Shown here piece after piece: positions 1 to 13,882 of a stretch of DNA of 64,000 nt (the first letter of the stretch is position 1; the number at the start of each line of letters is the position of its first letter). The notes under the pieces were generated by a model that worked only from the letters and a program-made list of their open reading frames with translations, did not search any database and was not told the DNA's origin. Source of the DNA: the human T2T-CHM13v2.0 reference genome, Homo sapiens. The position numbers and the translations under genes are program-made. Where the stretch lies: the NCBI RefSeq assembly GCF_009914755.1, contig NC_060926.1. One strand, 5' to 3'.

Positions 1-220
1 TCCAGTTTTTCTCAGTCTGTAGAAGACTAGTAGCATCTGACTGGAATTAGAGGGCTGCAAGAGGGAAGCATGCAGATAAAACGGCACAGAGACAGGTTCA
101 GATAAGAAGGATCCCATAAAAATTACTCAATTACCAAAATGAAATGATGGCTTCAAGGCTTCAGTGGGGAAAAACTCATTTCAGTTGATTCAGTTAAGAC
201 ATTTAAAAGAAGACATTTCT

Positions 221-221
<1 letters not shown>

Positions 222-251
<30 letters not shown>
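222..251 (+). repeat. Pure poly(A)30 tract
   Basis: 30 uninterrupted A after ...ATTTCTC; no attached retroposon body visible. Confidence 0.95.
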
Positions 252-255
<4 letters not shown>

Positions 256-519
256 TGAAAGTTTTGTCACTTAAAGGGCAAATATTAATTTTTTAGAAAA
301 TTCATTTATTTAGAAACTTTCACTCCATGTTTATATTAGGTAAAGAGGGTCTAAATCATGTATGACTGTTTTTACCAATGACCAATTTTCATAAGTGGAA
401 AATTATGTTTCAAATCTTTGCTTAGAGGAATATGCCTTTTTAGTCTACGTATGATATCCACTCCCAGCGATACAGCTCTTTTTCCTTGTCCTCATTTTGG
501 CAATGAAGCTGGTCTTGCT

Positions 520-650
520 GGAAGTGCAGTGGAAACCTCTGGGTCACACAAGCCAGGCAGCCCTCACTGTGACTTCGTCTTATGCAAGTCACATCACTTT
601 ACCTCCCTGGACCTTCGTTATCTCACCTGGAAAATAAGGGAGTGGCTTTT
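520..650 (+). mobile_element. MIR SINE remnant
   Basis: Degenerate MIR core ...GCAAGTCAC..TTTACCTCCCTGGACCTTCGTTATCTCACCTGGAAAATAAGGG. Confidence 0.6.
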
Positions 651-1026
651 AATGTCCTTCTTTCATTAATGGCTGAAGCTTTTCCTGTGATTCCAGGGCA
701 TAATTTATTAAAAGGAGGAAAAATTGATATTGATTAGCATATATGAATAGATGTTTGATTATCAAGCACTTGATACCCGATTCCACATTTACCATTGGAC
801 TCCTTTGCCTTTTAGTACTAGGTTCCTCCTCTGTAAAACGTGAGGGTTGATTTAGGTAGATGGAATATATAAGGTTTATACTACATCAAAGACTGAATGG
901 GTTTTAGTTAAATTCATGATTCTCTTTCTTTTTTGTTCTGTCCCCAAGAACCTCTCACTAGGACACTCACATCTGTTCTTGTCACCAGAGCCTCACTTTT
1001 TCCAGGACATCCCTTTTCTCCTCTAC

Positions 1027-1450
1027 TGTTGCAGAACTTTCCCCTCAGTTTAGTTTAAACCAGGTTCTTGTCACACGACCGGGAAAGATTAGGCTTGAGA
1101 CACATAGAGGGGTGAGGAACAGAACTTATTGGGCAAATAGTAAAACAAAAAAATAACACTCAGCAAAGTGAGAGAGAGTCCTGCTAGCAGGTTTCTCACC
1201 TTACAGATTGAATCCCAGTTCACCACCCAGGAACTGAAGAAGCCACAGGCTCCTCCCAACTGCAAATGGCGCAAACCTCCGGAGGCTCCACCCCGTCCTC
1301 CCAGTGTGCAGGTGGGCATTGTTCAGAGAACCAGTCGGGAAAGGGCGGGCTCCATCCGGGACCAGCAGTCTGGTTTTTCAGCCTTCAGGCTGTTTTAGGC
1401 TTGAAGATGGAATTTCGCTGGGGACCCTTGGCTGTCTCCTGTCTCTATCA
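1027..1450 (-). mobile_element. Solo ERV1 LTR, MER61 family
   Basis: TG...CA termini; minus strand reads TGATAGAGACAGGAGACAGCCAAGGGTCCC...AAAGTTCTGCAACA; 4-bp TSD-like flanks CTAC/ATAC; homologous to the LTR at 52.3 kb. Confidence 0.8.
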
Positions 1451-2419
1451 ATACCTCTTGCCTCCTCTCCCACTGTGATAAAGTCTTTGCACTGTGGGAT
1501 GAGACACATGAGGCCTTATTCATTGTTGCATCTCCACCTTCCAGTCTGATGCTTGTTGAATGAATTAATGCAGATACCTCTTGTATACCTGACTCCCAGT
1601 GCCTCATCCTCCACTGGAGCGCCATCCTTGCATCACCTTTCTTACTCTGGTGAGGAGTCGTACTCTCAGCCCCTGTGGTTTGAGACCCCCACAACCACTT
1701 CTGGTATGAAGACAGACAGACACCCCTCATTCTCATTGTCAGACACTAGGCATTAGGAATCGGAATTTCAGCTCTTTTCCCATAGAAGCAATATTTAAAA
1801 TTGTCACAGCTTTGGTATTTTAATATAAATACAGTGTGAGTTAGAACTTCGGTTGCCTGGCTAAGGAATCTAACCATTATTTACAACACAGTGTTGTTTC
1901 TTTGGAAATTTCTATTCTGGGTTCCAAGTGACTGACTTGCAAATAAACTTTGGTAAGACAGTCCATTTGTAGTTTGCGAATGGCCTTTAGGCCATATAGA
2001 TAGAAAAGCATATTGGGATAAGCATGGATCTCAATGTGCATGAAATTTGCAGTGCCTCAAAGACAGATCTTTAGTGTATGACAAAAGACAGAGAGTATTC
2101 CCAAATAAGTCTTTGACTTTTCCCACAGACACCGATTTTCATGTTAAGAAAAACCTTTTCAGAACACATCTACAAGAGCAAGGTACAGTTGAATTTTATG
2201 AAAATTGAATTTGAACAAGGGCTTTATGATTGCAAACTTTGTCAATCCCCATGGTTTATAATTCCAAAAAAAAGTTTAAGTGTATCACTTTCATTTAAGC
2301 TGTCATCTGTGTTTTGATTTTCCATGGGGGTGTTCCTTTCATCTTGATAGCGCTTCACTGGGGAGATTGTTTGATTGCCAATAGACTGTTTCCTATTCTA
2401 TCTTTATACTTTCCCTTTT

Positions 2420-3110
2420 CTGTGTCTTAAAGTCACCATCGTCATTTGCCTGGAGCACGACAGCATACTCCTAAGCCGTTCCTGTACTTCTGTCCTTGCC
2501 CTGCCCCGTGCCAGATTTGCATATGGAAGTCAAAGGGAGCTTTACAATGGGACCCATTTTTTTCCATGATAAAACCATCCAGTCACAATTAATTGACTTA
2601 GATTAAGACGTAAACTTCTTACCTGGGACTTGAAAAGCCCCAAATGATCTGGCCCTACTATCTTCTCTAATTCAGCATGAAGCACAACCTCCTTTTGACT
2701 CAGCATGTCCCAGCTAAACTGACTTTTTTTTATTGCTTGACCACCCAACATCCTTTCTTGCTAGAACTAATGCAATGGCTGTTTCTTCTGTTTGTTTGAC
2801 TCTCAGAATCTTTCTTAGAATTAAAGTGTCCACGCAAAGTCCCCCTATTCAAAGAGTGCTTCTCTGACCAAATTATCTAATATAGTCTAATATTAAACAT
2901 CACTTTCCTCTTTCTCCAATATAACAATGTTTTGTTATCCTCCTGGCATTCGTTACTATCTGAACCAATTTTATTTATGGGCTTAAGGTCTATCTCCCAC
3001 TTTTGAATGTAAACTTTGAGACAGAGGACATTGTCTGATTTTCTTACCACCCTATACCTGGTGCTTAGAGGAGTGTCTGGCACTTTACAGAAACTCACAT
3101 GTGTAAGTGA
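2420..3110 (+). mobile_element. L2 LINE 3' remnant
   Basis: L2 3' end motif CTCCCACTTTTGAATGTAAACTTTGAGACAGAGGACATTGTCTG...GTGTCTGGCAC; boundaries approximate. Confidence 0.7.
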
Positions 3111-3124
3111 GTGCTTTGATAGAT

Positions 3125-3210
3125 TACTGGCCTCTGTGCATTAGATACCAATAACACTCTTCTGATGTGACAATAAAAAGTACCACAAGACATCATCCCT
3201 GGTTGAGAAA
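3125..3210. mobile_element. MER20 (hAT-Charlie) fragment
   Basis: CTGGCCTCT...TAGATACCAATAACAC...TGTGACAA...CCCTGGTTGAGAA resembles the MER20 end. Confidence 0.55.
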
Positions 3211-3219
3211 TATGATATA

Positions 3220-4086
3220 CAGCAAGAACAAAACAATCCCATCAAAGAGTGGGCTAAGGACATTTGAATAGACAGTTCTTAAAAGAAGACATACAGATGG
3301 CCAAGAAACATATGGAAAAATGCTCAACATCACTAATTATCAGGGAAATGCAAATCAAAACCACGATATGATATCACACCACCTCACTCATGCAAGAACG
3401 GCCATAATAAAAAAAAATAGATGTTGGCATAGATGTGGTAAAAAGAGAACACTTTTACACTGTTGGGGAAAATGTGAACTAGTACAACCACTATGGAAAA
3501 CTGTGGAAATTTCTTAAAGAACTAAAAGTAGATCTACCATTTGATCCAGAAATCCCACTCCTGGGCATCTACCCAGAGGAAAAGAAGTCATTATACAAAA
3601 AAGATACTTGCACACACATTTATAGCAGCACAATTTGCAATCAGGAAAATATGGAGCCAGTCCAAATGACTTCCATATGCAAATGCCCATCAATCAACAA
3701 ATGGATAAAGCAAATGTGGCATATATATACCATGGAATACTACTCAGCTATAAAAAGGAATGAAATAATGGCATTCACAGCCATCTGAATGGAATTGGAG
3801 ACCATTATTCTAAGTGAAGTAACTCAGGAGTGGAAAACCAAACATCGTATGTTCTCACTCAGAAGTGGGAGCTAAGCTGTGAGGACACAAAAGCCTAAGA
3901 ATGATACAATGGACTTCGGGGACTCGGGGGAAAGGGTGGGAGGCAGGTGAGGGATAAAAGACTACACCTTGGGTACAGTGTACACTGCTCAGGTGATGGG
4001 TATACTAAAATCTCAGAAATTACCACCAAAGAACTTATTTATGTAACCAAACACCACCTGTTCCCCAAAAACCTATTGAAAGAAAA
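3220..4086 (+). mobile_element. 5'-truncated L1PB1-like LINE-1 (ORF2 end and 3'UTR)
   Basis: 3' end GGGATAAAAGACTACAC...CACCACCTGTTCCCCAAAAACCTATTGAAA; TSD AGAAATA(G)TGATATA at 3206-3219 / 4087-4101. Confidence 0.9.
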
Positions 4087-4499
4087 AGAAATAGTGATAT
4101 AGAAGAAGAGTAAATCACAGTATTAGTATTTTAGAGTGGAAAGAGTAAAAATGATGCAAGGAATCCATTTTCACCATTTATAAGCTACATGGACCTGTGC
4201 TCTTGTTGCTTAATCTTTGAACCTTGGTTATGAGTTATTGTAAGGATTACATGAAGACCTTGCTTTCAGGACAGATCCTGCCTGTGGCCAGAGCTAGCCT
4301 CCCAATCCACCTGCTTCCCATTCATCCTCATTGTGTACCTTCACTGAGGGCTTGTACCAGAGCATTGTCATGTCCTGTGTAACACTGGGTTCTTTGAGAT
4401 GCTCAGTATTTCTAGAATTTTGCTATATTGTTTTATTTCACTGTTTTTGATTGGTCATTACTCATATCCAGTGGAGAAAGAATGAATCTCAAGATGTGG

Positions 4500-4700
4500 C
4501 ATGGTAGAATGCTAACAGACAAATAGGTCCAGGGAGCTCAAAATCCATTTCCACCATTTATTATCAATAACTCTGGGACTTTTTGTTCTGGTTACTTATT
4601 CTCTGTGAGCTTTTGTTGTGAGTTATTGTGAGAGTTAAAAGATATAAATGAAACACTAAAATAGGGATTGGTACATAGTTAGTACTTAATATATGTGAGC
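4500..4700 (+). mobile_element. MIR remnant
   Basis: GTTACTTATTCTCTGTGAGC...GTTATTGTGAGAGTTAAAAGATA...GGTACATAGTTAGTACTTAAT. Confidence 0.55.
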
Positions 4701-4954
4701 TGTCTTCTCTCCCGTTTCTTAAATTTCTCAAGCCATGTTTACATACACAAACAAGTATATTTATCCATACATATCTGGGTAATCATTCAATAATTTATTC
4801 ATTAAAAAAAGGTATTGACCTCCTACTTATTAGGTGCCAGCCCTGTTCTGGATTCTGGAGTTGGAACAACAACAAAAAAATACAGTCAAAAGCAGTCATT
4901 AACAGTGATGATTGTAGATTATGTTCTCTGATGAGTTGTGTATGTGATTAAAAG

Positions 4955-5031
4955 ATATATATGTGTATATATACATATATATGTGTATATATATGTTTAT
5001 GTATGTATATGTGTGTGTGTGTATATATATA
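4955..5031. repeat. (TA)n/(TG)n compound microsatellite
   Basis: Directly visible alternating TA/TG run. Confidence 0.9.
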
Positions 5032-5107
5032 TTTAAATCACCCTATTCTATGAACAGTAAATTCAGGGGCGTAATCATTTGAAATAATGTATTATAAAAT
5101 ATTGTCA

Positions 5108-5398
5108 TAATCTCAGCACTTTGGGAGGCTGAGGCGGGTGTATCACCTGAGGTCAGGAGTTTGAGACCAGCCTGGCCAACATGGTGAAACCCCGTCTCTA
5201 CTAAAAATACAAAAATTAGCTGAGCATGGTGGTGGGCACCTGTAATCCCAACTACTCAGGAGGCTGAAGCAGGAGAATCTCCTGAAACCAGGATGCAGAG
5301 GTTGCAATGAGCCAAGATCACACCACTGCAGTCCAGCCTGGGCAATGATAGTGAATGAGACTCTGTCGCAAAAAATAAATAAATAAAATAAAATAAAA
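5108..5398 (+). mobile_element. AluS, slightly 5'-truncated
   Basis: Dimeric Alu with central CTAAAAATACAAAAATT linker and (TAAA/TAAAA)n tail. Confidence 0.95.
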
Positions 5399-6529
5399 TT
5401 GTCCTTATCAAAACAGTGCTTTCCTACCACTTGGTAAAGCATTTGTTGATTTTTTTTTTCAGGAATACAAATGCAAAATATTGAAAGCCTGAACTTTTGA
5501 CCTAATTAGCTTTTGAGTTTTTAGCCCTAACAAATCTGAGTGATTTAGGCATAAAACAAAACAAAACAAAGCAGAAAACAGCTTTTCAGCTTGATAATTC
5601 TTTCTGGTTTGTTATACCTCTCAACACCTTCAATTCTCAAATTAGTGCTCAAGGTCTGCGTTGGTGGCTACATATATTTCTGCATTGTTGTGTCTTCCAG
5701 TCTGAGAATATCTGGGTTGGAATGAATTTCCTCTCAGGGAAATGGGTGAAAATAACTTTTTGCAAAACATGACTGCATCATCCCCGAGCACCATTACAAC
5801 ATGCTTAATGGGCTGTATATAGTATTTTTATTATCTTATAACTTCAGCTCCCTTAACTTGTTTGACGGTCTTTAAAATGCACCTTTGAGCATTGTTCCAT
5901 GTGCTTTGTGTCCCTTGAATAAATATTATACCCCTATTGACTTTTTAATTTTGAAATTTGATAACAGTAGTGAAAGAGAAATCCCTGACCATTTTATGTG
6001 TTTTGCCACTTCATTTCATATAGCTTCTTTCTCTTTCCGGCGATGTATTTAGCAGACATTTCTCTGTTTTGAATGGGTGTTATTTGGTTGTTAAAAAAAT
6101 AATAATAATAACTAAATCCCATCGCTGCCTGTTAATCTTTAACTGTTCTTTAACTGTTGATATGAGCCAAATGGGAAGTGTTTGAAATATTGAAACTGAC
6201 TAACCTACACCTTCTACTGTAAAAAGTATGGGAGAGGAAGCAGTGTCTTGGGCTGGCAAGGAATCCTTATGGACTAGATCTCAGAGATTGATGGAGCAGG
6301 GTCTGAGGGACTGTGAGTGTTCCCTGAGAGAAACATCCTAGGTGCCATCCTGCTTAGGGCATTGAACATTGTGAAAGATATCTGTATATCTCACTTCTGG
6401 GGTGGTGAAGGGTCTATGTGAATGACTTCATACAGGTCTCTACAAAGTAAGTCATGGCCAGTCTGGGCTCTATAAATAGATAGGGACTGTGCTTAACTGT
6501 CAGTGAATCTGAGATATTTTGATGCCTGT

Positions 6530-6720
6530 TATTTGTTATTGAGGATTTATTATGAGCCAAAGATAGTGTGCTGTACTTTTAAATCTTTATTTTATTTAAC
6601 CTTCACCACAATTCCACTAGGTTAATATTAGTGCCATTATCTTTATTTTATAAATTAAGGACTGATTCATAAAGCTTATATAATTTACATATGTTCCCAG
6701 TACCCATAAGTAGTGGAACT
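6530..6720 (-). mobile_element. MIR remnant
   Basis: TTATTGAGGATTTATTATGAGCC...ATTTAACCTTCACCACAATTCC...TAAGTAGTGGAAC. Confidence 0.55.
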
Positions 6721-9700
6721 ATAGTAGAAGGATGTTGTACATAATATATGAGGTTTAAAAATTATCCACACCCATGCCTTAGTTGTAGAATTTTAAAACT
6801 AGAAAAATTTTAGAAATTATCCAGTCTTCCTCCACTATCACCAGTATTTCAGATGAGGAAGACCGTGAAACCCGGAGAATTTGAGTTTCCTTTTAAATAC
6901 CCTGATCAAGCTCTGCTACTGTAACAACTTCATGGGAGGAACTCTACTTTTAGTGAATTACACATCAATATCACTTTTTACTGTCGTTGTCATAAATACT
7001 TTAGATTTAGATAGGTCACGAATGTAGTATATTTAAGTTCAAAACTTAGAGTTTCTTAATCTGTTGAGCTGGGGAGGATTGCATGAGGCAGGATTGAGTG
7101 GGACTAGTTAAGTTGAGACGATCTGTCTGGACTCTGCATTTGTGGTGGAGATCCCATGCAATGGCAATTAGGTAGAAAGAGCATGCAACTTTGGTGACTG
7201 ACAATTTGTACTTAAAAGCCAACAACAGGGAATCAGGTGTTATACTTATCCATCCAACTACCTCTGAAATACATGAAGTTACATGTATTTAAAAGGTAAA
7301 ATGAGATATTCCCTGTATCTGACCTGTGTCTAATACAACTTTGTAGGCTGTTTGAGGTTGATGTATTTTTTCCTTTTAAAGGTTTTTGTTGCTATCAATT
7401 ATCTACTTTATACAGATCAAATGTGATTTGTGAAAGCAAGGAGGTATTATATGTATGATTTTTATGGGGCTTTGTAGCCCTATTAGGGATGGGTCTTTTT
7501 GGTCTTCTTGGTTCATTTCACAGTTTCTCAAACTTATGTGTGGAATCCACTTGAAGAACATGTTAAAAGATTCACATTTAGAAATTCTGGAGTGGGGCCC
7601 AGGACTGTTCTTTCGCTCCTCCTTGCCTAGCAGCCCAGGGGATTTTGATACGAGTGATTCATAATCAAACTTTGACAAGCATAGAGTTACAAGTAGGATT
7701 GTGCTTCTGATCTTTCTAAGATGCCTCTGATGATCTTTCATGTAAAAAAGAAATATTTAGCTTATTAGACCACTGACAATTTCTGGGTTTTGCCAAATCT
7801 AAAATTAGAGCCTGAAGATTGTATTTGTTTATCTTTACCGAGATTATATTTAGGAATACCTAGGAACCTAAGGAAACAAAATATTTCAATGACTTCTTTG
7901 ATGCAGTATGAGGTTTTCCTTTTAATGTAGACAGTTTATTTTTGTTGGCTGTGATTCTTTTTATGCAGTCTTGTTACATTGGGCTGAGACATGGAGGTAA
8001 TGAATATTTTTCTTATCTAGGATCAAAGAATACTGAAAACAGGAAAAAAAAATGTGGGTATTCAGTCTCATCTCTACCCTTAACTTTTTGATATTCCTGC
8101 CTTGCTCTCCTCAAGTGTTTTGGAATTGTTTTAAAGATATGTGTCTGGTGTTTTTAATGTTTTGTTTATAATTAAATGTCAGAATATCCTTGTTTTCACA
8201 ATGGCTGCAGGTGAGTGATATCCAGTCAATTACCAGTTTTCTGTTACCTCAGCCACTGGTCAGCATAGTGTTTTCTGATAGGGCTGTACCTACTGTGAGA
8301 ACAGGTTGCAGAGGACACTGATTCCTCCTTTCTACCCTCTTCCAGACCTGCCTATGCATACTAGTGAAACAGGTATTTGTTTTCTCTGGATAACACCCTC
8401 TTCGCCCTCCATTTCTCTGTCTCTCTCTTTCTTGCCCTTTTCCAAGGCCCCCAATATAAGCATTTTGGATGGGGTGGTAGAGAAAGTCCCCTTAGATTGA
8501 GAAGCCAGTAAACTTAAGTATGCTGTCAGGCTTCAAGCCAAATAAAGTGCTGAGCATGACAATTAATTGGATAACTACCAGAATACCTCTTACTGTAACT
8601 ATAATTCAGAATATCCCTAGCTGAAGTTAAAAAAATGATGTTAATTAATTTGAAAGTTGCTAAGAGTCCCTATCAAATGCCTGTGCTCTGTTTGCATGCT
8701 AGGTTTTGGCATTGTGAGCAAGAGGAGACACCGATAGTGAAGCTCTATCCTTCTGCTAGGGATTTAATACTCTTGACAAGCCAGGAAATAGGTGGTCATG
8801 TCTCTATCTCAAAGATGGAGGAGAATGAAATGCTCGGGGTAAGCGTTTCAAGCCAGAGCTGTCCTGGTTGATTAAGGTCATCTGATCACTTTGCTAAGTA
8901 AAATAGGAAGATGAGGACACATGTTGAAGAGTTTGCAAGAAGAGCAAATAATTAAATATTTTCTTTTAAGCTCTGTGAAATTAACTTGGAAGTTTTGTTG
9001 CATTTCAGTTGAATAAAAATAATACACAAAAATGAGCTGGTTTTTTAAAGTGAAGAAAGAGGTGCACATAATGTTTCCTTTGTGTCTTTTGAATATTTTA
9101 TTTGGAAACTAGTTAAATTTGCTTAAATACCCATTTGTTTTTGGTTTCAGGGATTTTGATGTTTGTTTTGAGATCCTCAGCAACAAATTATATTTAGAGA
9201 AATGTGGGATTGCCTATTATTAAGACATTTTAAATTGTTTGAAAATATTTTTAAAACATAATAAAAGATTTATGCTTTTTAATTTTGTATCATCAAATCC
9301 AAACTGCAACTCCTTATGTTTTAATATATAATCATACATACATATATCATATATTGGGACATTAAAGTTTAGGGAAATGCAGTTTGCAGTAATGACTTTA
9401 GATGTTCTTCCTGGCTCTCTTTAATTTTAGGCCCAAAGTTATTTTCCTAGCTGTATTCACATTAATTGTTTAGTATTTTACTGCATATTTTTGTGTTTTT
9501 ACATTACAGAGATATTTGTAGACTGTTCATGAATTGTAATTCTCTTTTTAAATAACCCCCTTTTGGGGACTTTGTGTGAATTTCCCTTTGATTTATTATA
9601 GACTATAAACAACTCAACAGACTCTATTGTTTGAATAAAAAATACTAATCATGTCATATTTCTGCATCATATCCTGATCTATCCTTCAATTTTAACTTTA

Positions 9701-11579
9701 GAAGTAGCTTCCTCTTTGTTTTCCTGAGCTCAAGGCAGAATTCAGAACACTTAGAACAATGTATGAGACAGAATAACATTTTCAATGGGGGGAAAAAAGT
9801 TCAATTCTAATCCCTTCTCACGTTATGTTTTGTATTTTTTAAACTTGAAGTGCTAGAAAAGTAAATAATAATGATATGAATGATTTTTTTCCTTAGAAAA
9901 TCAACTGTCAATTAACTAATGAATATTCTTTTTAATCAGTGTTAATTGACAAATTTCCTGCACTTACAAACTCACTGCTTGCATAATAGTTTCATTTTGA
10001 CTCTTCCTGATTTCCCTTTTATGTGTTGGTAGTCCTGTTGGGTGTAATTCTGCATTATTTTCTAAATTCCCTCATCTGGAGCTAGATGGAGCTATGAGAT
10101 CTTTTGTAAATGTATACAAGGCCAGTGGCTCTTCTTCATCTACTTGTGGCATTAAGTAGATTAAAACCCAATTTTAAAGCTTTCTTGTCCCTTTATTCTT
10201 AAAGACAGCATGGAAGAGAAAGTCTGGATATCTAAAACACAGTCATTAAAATGGACAGTCACACAGTTCTTTAATTATCATTTACTACTGAGCAACTCAA
10301 AAAACAAAAACCCAAACTCCCAAAATCAAAACAAAGAAAAACACCCGGCTACATATATACCTATTCTTAACACTATTGACTCAAAACTACATTAAATGTG
10401 TTTTCATTAAAAATATAATTATTTTTGTTTTGTTTTCCAAAAGATTATAATTCTCTCAGAAATCCACACAATACAGAAAATGATGGGAAAAGCATATGGC
10501 AATTGTTTTAGGACTTATCTGCCAAATTTTATACATACACATTTTATAGATAGATACATGGATAGATAGTTATATATATAACATACATGTAATATATATG
10601 TATGCATATAATTATATAAAAATGTAGAAAATATTTCACAAGGAAGGATTAAAAGTTTTGCTTAAAAGGTTTTGGATAAAATGTCATCTTCAGTTTCCCT
10701 GTATATAGGGACATTTAGATGATCTCGTCACTGTATCTTATCCATGCCTACAGAGCATTTTGGGAGGAAAGGTATTCATTTTTTGTGTTTGTTTAGTTTT
10801 TTGCTCAGCTTTTTATTGAGCTAGCTATGCGGTTTTCTTGACTTGTTATTCAGTGTGTTTAAGTCCTAAGAGATGTGCCCAGACTGCTGTCATACTGTTT
10901 AATATCTGTTAGGACAGAAGTTGTTAAAGGTCATCTACCTACTTTGAGAATCTAATTGTAATAAATTCTTCTGTGTGTTTCTCTAATTGGATTAACTTTA
11001 GCTCTATGCTGTTCACATATTTGGGTAATTATATGAATAATTTTCATTTACCTAATTTGGCAGATACTACATAAACCAAATACTTATTTGAACTCTACAC
11101 CATCTTGCTTTTTAAGTTACTTGTAGGCTTTACTCTTGAGTCTTTTATTGTGAATTGTATCCTTTTAAACTTTAATGTCCCTCTATATTCTGTCCTTATT
11201 TGCTTCTCAAATCTAGAGAGGAGTAAACAGTATTTTAAACAATTTCTAAAGAAGTAAGAGGTAGGGAGGTGGTTCTTGATTTGGCTTTAATAAGCACTTC
11301 ACTTGAAGAAAGGGCATTTTACTAATCTAGCTATTAGGTAAGTAAAAAGATAAAGATAATTATAATGTAATGATTATAAAATAACTAGTAGATAATTAAC
11401 AGATACATAGATAGAGGTGTTACATGTGAAAGACCTGAGCAGTGAAGCTCTGCATAAGAAGGACAGACACTAAAGCGTATATCCTTTACAGGTAGAATCT
11501 TGTTCAGGATCTGCTTTTTCTTGCTTTACACACAATTTGACTAGGCTTCATTCTCAGTCTTTTACCCTAAAGAGGACTT

Positions 11580-12564
<985 letters not shown>

Positions 12565-12864
12565 TTACATCAGGGTACATTAATTGATGCTTATGATGAT
12601 TAAAATAATTTATACAAAAAGATGCGTGAATTCTGTTTTAAAAAGTAAGCACTCCTGAACAATTTTAGGAAAAGTACTAAATTTGAAATAAGTTTTGGTG
12701 CTTAAAATGGGTAAAGAACCAGTAGTAAAACATTCACCTCAAAAGACAATTACAATATTGGGGATGACAGAGAAGAGAGAAGGGAGGCCTAACTGTAACA
12801 TTTATATTTCTTAGTTTTTAAAAGATATCCAGTACATATGGATATACAAGGTAGGGTAAAATTT

Positions 12865-13560
12865 TTTGTTATTTTTTTTTAAAAATCGAGGTATAATTGA
12901 CCAACAAAAGGCACAGGTTTTACATGAACAGCTTGATGGGTTTTAACAAATGTAGTCACATGTGTCACCACCACTCCAACAGAGACGTAGCTGTTTTTCA
13001 TTATTTCACTAAGTTGCCATGTGCCTCTTTCCAATTAGTTCTTCCCCACCCCTGAGGCAAACACTGCTCTGATTTCTATAATATCACCCTAGCTTGGTTC
13101 TACAAGTGCATATAAAAGGAATCATAGTTGCTATTTTGTGGGACTTGGGTTCTGTCATTCAATAATTTTTGTGAAATTCATCCATATTGTTGCAGGCATC
13201 AGTGGTTTGCTCCTTTTTTATTGCTGAATAGTATTCCACTGCATGAATATATCTCAGTTTATTCGTTCTCTTCTTTAGCTATTCCTGTGGTCAAGAGATG
13301 ATACCTTGTGTTTTTAATTTATATCTCCCTTATCATTCATGATTTGATCTTTTTATGCTTTTTAAAGTTTAATCAAGGTTTTCAACAATTTTACTAAAAT
13401 ATAACTTACATACCAAGAAGTTTTCCCATTTTAAGTATACAATTCAGTGGTTTCTGGTATATTTACAGAGTGGTACAACCATCACCCTAATCTTAGGACA
13501 TTTTAATCACCTCAGAAACAAGCCTTTTACTCATTGGCAGTCACTCTCCATTCCCAATCT
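12865..13560 (-). mobile_element. Two old L1M 3' fragments (L1ME-like 12865-13345; L1MB-like 13360-13560)
   Basis: GAGGTATAATTGACC...GGAATCATAG...ATTCATCCATATTGTTGCA; CCCATTTTAAGTATACAATTCAGTGG...GGCAGTCACTCTCCATTCCC. Confidence 0.75.
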
Positions 13561-13731
13561 ATATAATTTTAACAGTCTTATAATTTTGTATATTCTTTAT
13601 CAAAGTCCTAGTAAACAGCTCTCTCGGCTTTATATCTGTACACCTTGAGCATAGTGATGGTGTGTTGCCTTCTAGTTTTCAATTCCTTTGTGGAGCATCT
13701 TGTGAAAATCTTTAGAGGGGGTCAATTAGAA

Positions 13732-13882
13732 CAGTACTCTCAAACTTGAATGTGCTTTCAGGTCTCCTTGATAAAATGCAGATTCTGATTAGGTGGGTCT
13801 GGGGTGGGTCTGAGATTCTGTATTTCCAACCAATTCCGACATCATGCCCACACTGCCAGCCTGGAGACCACTTTGAGCAGTG
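13732..13882. mobile_element. MER5A/B DNA transposon
   Basis: CTCTCAAACTT...AAAATGCAGATTCTGATT...GGTCTGGGGTGGGTCTGAGATTCTGTATTTC...GACCACTTTGAG. Confidence 0.8.

Noticed and set aside
2696-2705. TGACTCAGCA (AP-1/ARE-like)
   Set aside because: Isolated motif inside an L2 remnant, lacking the 5' purine of a full ARE.
11217-11343. Possible exon ending at TAG|GTAAGT (11338)
   Set aside because: Closed in all frames, modest acceptor, no pyrimidine tract for a recursive site; such donors occur by chance.
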